DNA of 63,728 nucleotides, counting the filler, from Klebsormidium nitens (taxonomy: Eukaryota > Plantae > Klebsormidiophyceae), in assembly GCA_000708835.1 (NCBI GenBank). It is 4 parts of 4 records of this genome, joined end to end, with 100 filler letters (N's around TTAATTAATTAA, not from the genome) between each part and the next. Parts side by side here need not be neighbours in the genome. Positions count along the whole stretch, not along the records: positions 1 to 21,409 come from DF237931.1; 3 more parts are not named here. One strand, 5' to 3'. This document shows positions 1 to 9,950 of this stretch, piece by piece. The stretch's first letter is position 1. Each line of letters opens with the position of its first letter. Made by a program: the position numbers and the translations under genes. Under the pieces are notes generated by a model, which was given only the letters and a program-made list of their open reading frames with translations, searched no databases and had not been told where the DNA came from.

Positions 1-11
1 TAGCCGACGGC

Positions 12-542
12 ATGGTCGACGTCAACAGCAAGCTGTGCGACGTTGAGGGTTGTCCCACGCGTCCAACTTTCGGCGTGCCGGGAGGTCGACCAACTCGGTG
101 CACAAGACACAAAACCGTGAGCATGGTGAATCTCATCAACAAATGCTGCGATTCGCAAGGATGCAAGAAACAACCGTCCTACGGCGTTACGGGTGGGCGT
201 CCAACCTCGTGCGCGGAGCACAAGGCAGCGGCAATGGTCCCACACAGGCTTTGTGCGATAGAAGGTTGTGGCAAAGCACCCACATTTGGGCTGCCCCATG
301 TCAAAGCCACGCGATGCGCGCAACACAAGTCCCAGGATATGGAGAGAAATTACACAAAGTGCAAGACAGAGGGGTGCCGGACGTCACCTGCGTTTGGATT
401 CGCTGGGGGGGCACCTACGAGGTGTGGGCGACATCGAGAAGAGGGCATGGAAGATGTTATTACCGTTTTCGTCGAAAGTGTCACGCGAAACCGGCCGGTT
501 GGACCTTTTTCATACGATTGTCGTATATATTTACCCGCTTAA
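12..542 (+). CDS. EsV-1-7-type cysteine-rich repeat protein, open at the window 5' edge; 3' end probably replaced by the Fanzor insertion
   Basis: About 4 repeats of C-x4-C-x3-P-x-F/Y-G-x2-GG-x-P-x2-C-x2-H-K/R-x3-M (e.g. CDVEGCPTRPTFGVPGGRPTRCTRHKTVSMVN). No introns. The repeat pattern breaks after MEDV at ~459. Confidence 0.8.
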   Translation: MVDVNSKLCDVEGCPTRPTFGVPGGRPTRCTRHKTVSMVNLINKCCDSQGCKKQPSYGVTGGRPTSCAEHKAAAMVPHRLCAIEGCGKAPTFGLPHVKATRCAQHKSQDMERNYTKCKTEGCRTSPAFGFAGGAPTRCGRHREEGMEDVITVFVESVTRNRPVGPFSYDCRIYLPA

Positions 543-655
543 GTACTGTATACGACAGTCCGGTATTATAAGCCCTCGGCTCGTATACCATAACCTGGGC
601 CGTGCGTAAAATTTCCAAGAACTAATTTCCTAAGGAGACTCATAGGGGTGGTCTA

Positions 656-3600
656 ATGCCACCCAAGAAACCCCCAGATGTCGCTCTCCACCACGAATGC
701 CTGGCCTACGTGAGCAAACTCTTCAAAGAGCCTAGGACCCGAGAGGACGTCAAGCTCAGGGCCCTGAGGAACAAAGAGACCGAATGCACCGTGGTCAAGA
801 CCAGCCTCAGCAGCTTCTGCAAGGACGCTGCCAGGGCCCTCCCTCTGGAGAGCGTGCTCAAGGAAGTGAATAAGGCCATATTTGAGGCCTACGTCCTTGC
901 TAACCTGCATGTACTACGGATGTGTGAGTCAGGTCGAGAAGTGCCACTTCTGGACCAGCCCTTCTTCTACAACTGCCTCTCTGCCGTCAGTATGGCTGGT
1001 AGGCAGAAGAGCTCCGTCAAAGACCTCTACCTCAGGGAGACCGTAGAGCTCTACCTGGCATCACGCCCCGCAAGCTATCTGCCTCCGGACTGTGAGCATC
1101 TCTCTTCCGGCTGGTACCAGAATGCAAGCCTTCAGATGGCCACGTGCACCAGGAATTCCGTCGCCACCAACTTCTACAAGCGCTTCAAGCGCTACCTGAA
1201 GCACAAGTACTCCCTCGACGGCCCTTCATGCTATTCCAAGATGCGGGACATGTTCGCCGATGAGTACGAAGGCGACGACCCACTGGTTTTGAGGTACCGA
1301 GCCATGCTTCCAAAAGCCACTACTGGCAGGGCAGACTCCACCCCTCACATACTCATGCCAATGCAATACATGTTCCNNNNNNNNNNNNNNNNNNNNNNNN
1401 NNNNNNNNNNNNNNNNNNNNNNNNNNNNNNNNNNNNNNNNNNNNNNNNNNNNNNNNNNNNNNNNNNNNNNNNNNNNNNNNNNNNNNNNNNNNNNNNNNNN
1501 NNNNNNNNNNNNNNNNNNNNNNNNNNNNNNNNNNNNNNNNNNNNNNNNNNNNNNNNNNNNNNNNNNNNNNNNNNNNNNNNNNNNNNNNNNNNNNNNNNNN
1601 NNNNNNNNNNNNNNNNNNNNNNNNNNNNNNNNNNNNNNNNNNNNNNNNNNNNNNNNNNNNNNNNNNNNNNNNNNNNNNNNNNNNNNNNNNNNNNNNNNNN
1701 NNNNNNNNNNNNNNNNNNNNNNNNNNNNNNNNNNNNNNNNNNNNNNNNNNNNNNNNNNNNNNNNNNNNNNNNNNNNNNNNNNNNNNNNNNNNNNNNNNNN
1801 NNNNNNNNNNNNNNNNNNNNNNNNNNNNNNNNNNNNNNNNNNNNNNNNNNNNNNNNNNNNNNNNNNNNNNNNNNNNNNNNNNNNNNNNNNNNNNNNNNNN
1901 NNNNNNNNNNNNNNNNNNNNNNNNNNNNNNNNNNNNNNNNNNNNNNNNNNNNNNNNNNNNNNNNNNNNNNNNNNNNNNNNNNNNNNNNNNNNNNNNNNNN
2001 NNNNNNNNNNNNNNNNNNNNNNNNNNNGGAGTCGCATCACCCCCTGACAGAAGAAGAACTGAAGAAAGGCAAGCAGCTGAGGCTCTTCAGCCTCCTACCC
2101 ACGAAGAGGGGCTTCGAGTGCAATCACCTCAAGATGTGCACGAATGGTCTTTATGGGCTTCTCAAGAAGGGAGGGGTCGAGCTTCCGGCCTCGGGAGCCG
2201 AGTTCAGGAAGGTGGCTGACGATTACTGGCGGGACCTCTTCGACATCGCAAAGTTTGAGACGTGCAACCGCAAGTTCGCAGGCGAGATCCTCACGGACGG
2301 AAAGGCCGTCTGCATCGTACTGAGGAAGCCAAAACCCAAGCAAGCTTCAGGCGAAGCAACACTCCCCGACCTCACAGGCGAAGAGGAGTTGTGGGGCCTA
2401 GACCCCGGCAGGCGAGACCTCTTCGTCATGGTCAACGAAGAAGGAGAGAAGCTGAAGTGCTCAACTCGAGAATTCTATGGCGACGCCAAGTACAAGCACA
2501 GCAACGCCAAGATCAAGCGGTGGTACGATAAGAGCCTGGAGGTGCTCGAGGCCATCCGCAACATGCCTACCAAGAAGACCTCGGAGAGCACCAAGTTCCT
2601 CGCTTACGTGCACTTCGTGCTGCCTCGGTTGGACATGCTCCTCGTCTACCACATGAGGCAGGGATTCAGAGGGCTCAAGTTCAAGCGGTACATTTCGGTG
2701 CAGAAGAAGCTGCATGCGCTCTGCAATGCCATAACGAGGCGAGTGGGTTGCAAGACGGTGGTGGGCTTCGGGGACTGGTCTAACAAGGACTCCGGAGGCA
2801 TCATCAAGGGGTCTCCTTCTGGGCCCGTGAAGCGACTGGAACGGGAGCTCCGCAAGCATTGCAGGGTGGTCACGATGGACGAATTCAGGACGAGCAAGCT
2901 GCACTTTGATTGCAAGACGCAGCTGCGCAATCAGTATTCGGAGAAGCGGTGCAAGGATGGGGCGGTCAAGACGTTCAAGGTCCATAGTGTACTCCACTGC
3001 ATAAACAGTGGCTGTCATGGTATGACTGTGAACCGCGACGTGAACGCCGCCCGTAACATCCTGAGGCTGTTGAGGCTGCGGCTCGAAGGCCGCACCAGGC
3101 CGGTGGAGTTTTGCCGGTCGGTTAAACCGAGCAACCACCCTCCTCCAGTGGAGACACCCGCAAACCCGGGGTGGCAACTCGGATCTCGATTTGGTGCTTG
3201 GATGAAACTAGTATTTAAGATTATCTATATGATCATGGTTTTTTCTTGCAATGTAAATGGCACCGTTGAATTCCTTGCGTCGAGAGGAGCAGATATCACC
3301 TCTTATATGTGAAAATAAATGTATGGGGTGGATGCTAGAGCAAATATTGGACCCAATAATCATTGAATACTTATGAAGGTGGTGTGCGACCAAGATAAGG
3401 GGGTAAAAAGCCCAATAAACATATTTAAATAAATGAAAAACACTACGAATATGGTGAAAAGCAAGCCTAAATCCGTTCAATATCCAATAATCGGATGGGT
3501 ACGAGCCAAATCTCTTGGACGCAGACCTCGTACACAAGCACCCCTAGTTGCCACCCCAAGCCCGCAAATCCCCCTCCCCCCGCGGATACACCCGCAAATC

Positions 3601-3968
3601 CGCCTCCCCCAGTGGAAACACCCGCAAATCCGCATCCCCCTGTGGAAACACCCGCAAATTCCCCTTCACCTGTGGAAACACCCACAAATCCGCCTCCCCC
3701 TGTGGAAACACCAACGAATCCCCCTCCCCCTTTGGAAACACCACCCCCCACACTTGAGCCCACGGAGCCCTGCAATGACACTGCGCCGGCGCCTCAGCCG
3801 GTGACGGTGCCCGTTCCAGCTCCACAGCCTGCTGCGACCCCCCCTCCGGATGTCCTGCCCATCGACGTCCCTTCCCCAACACCCACTTTGCTTGCCCCTG
3901 CTCCTTCAATGACGTCGCCAGCTCCCGCTCCCTGGGTCGAGGACCCGTTGCAAGTATGCTACAAGTAA
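656..3968 (+). CDS. Fanzor1 RNA-guided endonuclease, split by gap 1377-2028 and interrupted by MITE 3165-3560
   Basis: N-terminal VVKTSL...VNKAIFEAYVLANLHVLR...LDQPFFYNCLSAV. After the gap, LRLFSLLPTKRGF and ILTDGKAV. RuvC-I LWGLDPGRRD, RuvC-II VVTMDEFRTSKLH, Zn-knuckle HFDC...HCINSGC, RuvC-III NRDVNAARNI. All three acidic catalytic residues are present. Confidence 0.9.
3165..3560. mobile_element. 396-bp non-autonomous DNA transposon (hAT-like MITE)
   Basis: Perfect 8-bp TSD CCCGCAAA (3157-3164 and 3561-3568). 15-bp TIR with 2 mismatches, containing a perfect 12-bp core GGGGTGGCAACT/AGTTGCCACCCC. AT-rich interior within a GC-rich context. Confidence 0.8.
3561..3750 (+). repeat. 30-bp minisatellite (~6 copies, one more at 3137-3164) encoding TPANPPPPVE
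   Basis: Unit ACACCCGCAAATCCGCCTCCCCCTGTGGAA in tandem, without spacers. Confidence 0.9.
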
Positions 3969-4068
3969 CTATCAGCTCCGGAATTGCACCTGCGTCTGCA
4001 ATTGATTCCCCTGGGCCTGAGAGAGCCCGCGGCAAGCGGAGATCGTTAAAAGCTTAGGGAGTTGAATA
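3969..4068 (+). ncRNA. Candidate Fanzor omegaRNA scaffold (3969-4048) plus flanking guide (4049-4068, AAAGCTTAGGGAGTTGAATA)
   Basis: Closing stem CTCCG 3976-3980/CGGAG 4037-4041 encloses a 7-bp stem AATTGCA/TGCAATT and a GGGC/GCCC hairpin. It lies between the ORF stop and the predicted right end. Expression is not shown. Confidence 0.5.
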
Positions 4069-4089
4069 ACCCACAAACAACATCGAATC

Positions 4090-5256
4090 ATGACTATCAA
4101 GAAGAGTTTCTCTGGATCTAAACAGCTCCAATTCAGGTGCGATCACCCAAAATGCCAGAAGGCGTTTGCCCGTCGCAGAGATCTGGCTGATCACAAAAGA
4201 GTCCATTCGGGTGAACGTCCCTACCTTTGCCGCCAAGCCGGCTGCGATAAATCCTTTGCGCGAAGCAGAGGACTGAGAGCCCATAAAAGGGTGCATTCGG
4301 GGGAGCGTCCATTCGTTTGTCCGGAGGCCGGATGCGGAAAGGCCTTTGCGGACAGCAGCACACTTACTAAGCACCAAAGGACGCATTCAAGCAAGCTTCC
4401 CTTCGTTTGTTCGGAGCCTGGATGTGGGAAGGCCGTTGCGGAGAGCAGCACACTTTCCAAACACAAGAGAACGCATTCTGACGAGCGTCCCTTTGTGTGC
4501 CATGAAGCCGGATGCAGGAAGGCCTTCACACAGAACGGTCACTTGACCAATCACAAAAGGGTGCACTCGGGCAAGCGTCCCTACGTTTGCGACGAACCGG
4601 ACTGTGGGAGAGCCTTTGCGGAGAGCGGCCAAATGACAGCGCACAAGAGGGTGCATTCGGGGGAGCGTCCCTATGTGTGCCAGGAAGCGGGTTGTACCGA
4701 AGCCTTCACTTGGAGTGGCAGTCTGAAGGAGCACATATTCTACTATCACACCGCCGACCGGCAGCAGCGCCGGAAGCAAGAGGAGGAGCGAGTCGCAAAG
4801 GCCCTCACGAAGGCCCAGATCGATTTCAAACGGGAGCACCAAGTGGATTTCGGGTGCCTTCAGGGGACGTTCGCACGGACGGACTTCATTGTCCTCATGG
4901 GGGGCAAGGTCATCATAGTGAAAGTGGACGAATATCAGCATGAGAGCTATGGGATTTCCTGTGAGGTTGCACGAATGCTCCAAATCCAAAAAGCACTGAT
5001 GCTTGAGGAAAACGAATTGCCCGTCCACATCCTGAGGTACAATCCCCACACATTCCATATTGACGGAATCAAGAAGCGAGTGACGAGGCAAATCAGGGAG
5101 GAGCGCCTGGTCGAAGCGATACGTGAGGCAAGCAGAGGCAAAGGAGGTGGTTTGCAAGTGCGCTACATGTACTACAACATTCAGGATGGTAGACCTAAGA
5201 TTATGAATGGTCCCGCCTTTATTATAGGGGATTGTTGTTTAGAAGCAATTGCGTAA
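4090..5256 (+). CDS. 7x C2H2 zinc-finger array fused to a Vsr/DUF559-like PD-(D/E)xK endonuclease domain; intronless
   Basis: Seven C-x4-C-x12-H-x3/4-H fingers with SGERP-type linkers. C-terminus FKREHQV...RTDF...VKVDEYQHESY...CEVARM...LRYNPHTF resembles endonucleases found in large DNA viruses. Confidence 0.8.
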   Translation: MTIKKSFSGSKQLQFRCDHPKCQKAFARRRDLADHKRVHSGERPYLCRQAGCDKSFARSRGLRAHKRVHSGERPFVCPEAGCGKAFADSSTLTKHQRTHSSKLPFVCSEPGCGKAVAESSTLSKHKRTHSDERPFVCHEAGCRKAFTQNGHLTNHKRVHSGKRPYVCDEPDCGRAFAESGQMTAHKRVHSGERPYVCQEAGCTEAFTWSGSLKEHIFYYHTADRQQRRKQEEERVAKALTKAQIDFKREHQVDFGCLQGTFARTDFIVLMGGKVIIVKVDEYQHESYGISCEVARMLQIQKALMLEENELPVHILRYNPHTFHIDGIKKRVTRQIREERLVEAIREASRGKGGGLQVRYMYYNIQDGRPKIMNGPAFIIGDCCLEAIA

Positions 5257-6018
5257 AGTGCGCCACAATGACCGATATTGTTTCATCTCAGTCGCCGTGG
5301 CGTTTCTCCAGACAAGCATGCATGCTCTCAAACGGCAAGATTGGGTTTTGAGACACTGACGGGGCTGGACATGCAGCGTGATGTGGAAGCAAGCTTCTTC
5401 ATGGAGATAAATGGACTGATACCTACGGAGCAAGGTACGCCCTCTGTCACAAACGTGAGCCTTACAGGTGACACTGATCTGCTGGCAAATGGCAGCGGGC
5501 ATCGCTTGCTCTCGATGCAGTGCCATGGGAAAGTGCAGGTGTTGCAAGCCGGGTATACCCGCGCTTGGTATACAGCTCAAGACCACGGGTAAGGACTGGG
5601 TGCAGCAGAGGAGGGGCAACAAGTACAGCCTGACTCGGCTTAACCGAACCCTTTATGCCATGTGTTCGGTCCAGGAGCATTCAATCGTCGATATACGGCC
5701 GGTTCACCGTCGTTTTTGGCTCTTTATAATAACGAACAACCATTCACAGTGCGCCAGACCGTCATCGCGACGCAGGCTCATTTAATATTTCGCACGAACT
5801 GACATTGACCTCCTCTGGTTATCTAAACGACAGCAGATTGTACCCTTAACCGCAACAAATACAGACTTTGGCCGTCTGTTATGCCGCAGTCTCGTTACAC
5901 GGACGGCAGGCACAACTGTAATGTTTTGGCCTTTTTCGGCACTTCCAGGCAAGTTCCGGGCAAGAAACCAATTTCTTTTAGGTTCTGCCGTCTGCCGCCA
6001 ATGTAACGAGGGCCTAAA

Positions 6019-6098
6019 TCCGACTCCGGCTCCGACTCCAACTCCGGCTCCGACTCCGACTCCGAATCCGTTTCGAACTCCGACTCGGACTCCGAGTC
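6019..6098. repeat. Degenerate (TCCGAC/TCCGGC)n hexamer repeat
   Basis: tccgactccggctccgactccaactccggctccgactccgactccgaatccg... Confidence 0.85.
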
Positions 6099-7540
6099 CT
6101 CACCGGGCACCAGAGTGGCAGGCAGAAGCCGCCTCACAGTGCCTGGGGCTCTGTTCGAGACTCTTACTCCAACTTGGACTCTGGTTTGGACCACGTGGCG
6201 TTCCCAAATGAGTTGAGAAACATACAGAAGGTCATAGAAGCTGCATGACAGTCTGTCAATGTCAGCAGGTGACTCGAAGTTGCTGGAACGTCCACGTGGC
6301 CTCTCCTAATGGGTTTCGAAGTACACGGAAGGTCCTAGAAGGGTGCATACATGCATACAGGCAGGCACCCAAGAGTACAGACAGACCTGCAGACCCACAG
6401 ACTAGGACTCTCTGGGGCAGTCACCCAACGTTCATAGGTCGCATATGTTGGGGATTTGGTTTTGTCCTTGCAAATGCGCTCCACAGCCTGTCATTAAAGC
6501 CCCGCAATACTTTCCGTACCATTTCTCCACTTCCGGTTGCAAGTGTTCTTGTTCCAGGCTAGGCTGAAAACACTGCTGGGCTGCCAGACTTATCAGGTAG
6601 CGACCGTGGCCCCACCTCCAGTTCACCCTTTTTATGCTTTGCTTCCTGATCTTTCGTTTGTAATCTGGCATGCTTTGTTTTCTCCTCATCATGACGTGAT
6701 TTGACCTTTGACAAATCTGCTATTCTTGTACTGCACTTGCCTCTTCCACCTCATTGCAAATTTTGGCCCGGGCCGTCCATGTGCCGCAAACTGCCGGCGG
6801 CAGTTACGGCGCATGCAGTCAGGGTGTGCCGCTCCGGCAGTCATCGAGGTGCCGCAGCCTGCCGTCCGGATATGTTCGTGCCGTCAGGGAGCCGTCCCTG
6901 TGCCGTGTCACTGCAGGCGCGGCACACCGACCCGGCGGATGTCCGGCACTCTGGGACCCGGTGCACGCAGTCGTACGGCACATGCAGTCTGGCTGTCAGG
7001 CAGCTGCGACGGCACGTGTACGGTTCGTTTGTCATGTGGACGGCATTGGCACGGCATGTCATACGGCCAACGAGTCATGACATTTCTCATTTGTGCGGCA
7101 TTAACACGGCATGCACAGAGATTGGCCGGCATAGGCGACGTTCTGATGAGTGGCGCAAAGTTTACGCAGAAAGGCTTGAATGATGGTGTGTCGTAAACTT
7201 CGCGCGACCGACAATATTGCATATTTTAAAACGACCAGCTGTAAGGGATCCACCATTAAGACACCTGGAACGCTATGATGCTCTCAGAGTGCACGAGAAG
7301 CCTTTCTCAATACCCAAAATCTGCAAAAACTGCCTGCGGCGCTGCTCCGGAAAACTGAGTGAAGAAAAGCAAAGTTTCCGCACCGACTTCGCTTTGCTCA
7401 GGGGGGCTCCAACTTTGCTTTTCTTCACTCAGTTTTCCTTCGATAGATGGGATGAATCTTGTCACTTCATGATGTCCTGAGTGTCTTAATAGCGGAAATG
7501 CTACATCGGCGGTTCATTGTGTTGCTTAGAAGTCCACTGA

Positions 7541-9204
7541 GTGCTAAGTCCGTAAATCCAATTCAGAACCACTGTCGAATGTTTACTGTACTAGTTGGCT
7601 ACTAAGCTAGTCAGAGTGACTCAGTTGTGAGACTAGCTGTACCTCAATTGGCGTCAAAATGATTGCAGTGCTATGCGGTCCTTCTCCAACTCGTCCTTCA
7701 AGCCTGCGGATGATTTAGCAACGTGGATCAGCTTTGAACAAAGTAGAAACCTCCTAGACATATGATGGCGCGCAAAATACGTTACAGTTGCTTCATATTA
7801 GCATTCCTGCAGAGATAATGCACCATGGATAAGACTTGGCGCATAAATTACGTTGAAACCTCTCATATGCCTTACTAGCGTAATTTGTGCGCCAGCAGCA
7901 AAGGCGCGTTAAAAAAGGCTGGCACTCACGCCAGTTGGTCAAAGCATCAGTTGAGATCGCCCTTAAGTTACACTACCATCAACTTTTGACAAGCTGGTAA
8001 GGCTCGTGAAATCTCACCCTCGATCAAGTTGCCTTCCTTGACCATCACAGAGACCTGCAATGGACAATGCAATATTTAATTAGCAAACATATGAGCAATC
8101 AATGTAATCAATGGCAACTATCCAACTCATCAACAAGCTGCAAATCTAGTTTGTGAAAGACAATTCTATCAGCAGAGATTGCAATACTACAGACAAAATG
8201 TCTAAATCCTGCACAACTCTGCATACCACATTCTTCAGAAACTTTACTTGAATCACTTGCAATAGTTGATCTATCTAAAGCTTGATTTTCAATTGTTGCA
8301 GCTGAGCACAAGGTTGGCGGCATGAAGATCAAACATTGCTTGAAGTTCAGATGCGATCAAACATTGCGCNNNNNNNNNNNNNNNNNNNNAGTGCTAAGTC
8401 CGTAAATCCAATTCAGAACCACTGTCGAATGTTCACTGTACTAGTTGGCTACTAAGCTAGTCAGAGTGACTCAGTTGTGAGACTAGCTGTACCTCAATTG
8501 GCGTCAGAATGATTGCAGTGCCATGCGGTCCTTCTCCAACTCGTCCTTCAAGCCTGCAGATGATTTAGCAACATGGATCAGCTTTGAACAAAGTAGAAAC
8601 CTTCTAGACATATGATGGCGCGCAAAATACGTTACAGTTGCTTCATATTAGCATTCCTGCAGAGATAATGCACCATGGATAAGACTTGGCGCATAAATTA
8701 CGTTGAAACCTCCCATATGCCTTACTAGCGTAATTTGTGCCGCCAGCAGCAAAGGCGCGTTAAAAAAGGCTGGCACTCACGCCAGTTGGTCAAAGCATCA
8801 GTTAAGATCGCCCTTACACTACCATCAACTTTTGACAAGCTAGTAAGGCTCGTGGAATCTCACCCTCGATCAAGTTGCCTTCCTTGACCATCACAGAGAC
8901 CTGCAATGGACAATGCAATATTTAATTAGCAAACATATGAGCAATCAATGTAATCAATGGCAACTATCCAACTCATCAACAAGCTGCAAATCTAGTTTGT
9001 GAAAGACAATTCTATCAGCAGAGATTGCAATAGTACAGACAAGATGTCTAACTCTTGCACAACTCTGCATACCACATTCTTCAGAAACTTTACTTGAATC
9101 ACTTGGAATAGTTGATCTATCTAAAGCTTGATTTTCAATTGTTGCAGCTGAGCACAAGGTTGGCGGCATGAAGATCAAACATTGCTTGAAGTTCAGATGC
9201 GATC
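7541..9204. repeat. ~815-bp tandem duplication (7541-8359 and 8391-9204)
   Basis: Near-identical copies with scattered substitutions and small indels, separated by a 20-N gap. The minus strand carries small exon-like pieces with stops. Confidence 0.85.
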
Positions 9205-9856
9205 ATTTTGAGGTTGTCTTTATTGCGCCTCTCGGAATATCGTTGTCTCTCGCCGCACGTCCGCAGTCCCCCGGCCATTGTTCCCATCCTCTATCATAGT
9301 GGCGCACTTGGGCAACGCCATTGCGGGGCCATTGCGCTGAAGACTGCAAGTAAATTGAATTGAATTGCGCCATGGCGCCCTACAAGGCGGCACCTGATGG
9401 CTTACCTAGCTAGCGACCTTAGTATTACCTCTAATGTGTCGAGTCTAAGCCTAGGCTGAGTCTAGGCTAGAGTGGTTGACCGAGTCGAGTCGAATTTGAA
9501 TTTGAACTACCTAGGTACGACATTTGAAATTCGACCGTCGATTCGATCATCGACGGTGGATCAAAATCTCCAGCAGATCGTCCGTACATACCCTAGGCTA
9601 GATATGGACCACACTCGTAGGTATGGACCGTACGGTATATTAGGAAACATTCAACTTGTAAGCGCACAAGGACCGACCGCTGTACGGTCCCAGAAAAGGG
9701 ACCGGTAGGCAACACAATACGCAGGCACGGCCCAAAATTGGCCGCTCAGATTACGCTCGGGCATGACACAGGCCCAGCCGGTACGTATGTTAAATTAAAT
9801 TTTAAAATGTCAATCAAATGCTATATACTTTTACTGAGGCTCCAAGATCGTAACCG

Positions 9857-9950
9857 TGACAGCGGCCTAGTGGTAGCGCGTCCGGTTGTAAGGGCAATGT
9901 GGGACCGAGAAGTACCGAGTTCGAATCTCTCATGAGACGTACGACTTTTC
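9857..9950 (+). ncRNA. tRNA-like Pol III A/B-box sequence (tRNA pseudogene or SINE head)
   Basis: A box GGCCTAGTGGTAGCG (9864-9878), B box GAGTTCGAATCTC (9917-9929), TTTT shortly after. Acceptor and anticodon stems are imperfect. Confidence 0.4.

Larger units (their letters stand above)
460..4048 (+). mobile_element. Fanzor1 (eukaryotic TnpB-like) element with no transposase of its own
   Basis: GTTA at 456-459 and GTTA at 4045-4048. Joining the flanks restores gat gtt aaa agc (DVKS), a plausible EsV-1-7 repeat continuation. Left end is ambiguous (460 or 463). Hairpins near the left end: palindrome 489-500 and 9-bp stem 519-527/549-557. Confidence 0.65.

Noticed and set aside
1377-2028. Long ORFs with poly-X (also 10515-11000 and 18462-19233)
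   Set aside because: Gap artefacts. Flanking motifs are normally close together (about 1 nt appears missing at the kinase gap), so the N lengths are overestimates or hide unassembled inserts.
3250-3312. NGTVEFLASRGADIT, ankyrin-like snippet inside the MITE
   Set aside because: Too short to distinguish from chance.
3561-3750. 30-bp repeats as a CRISPR array next to a RuvC nuclease
   Set aside because: Units are contiguous with no unique spacers and encode a Pro-rich peptide.
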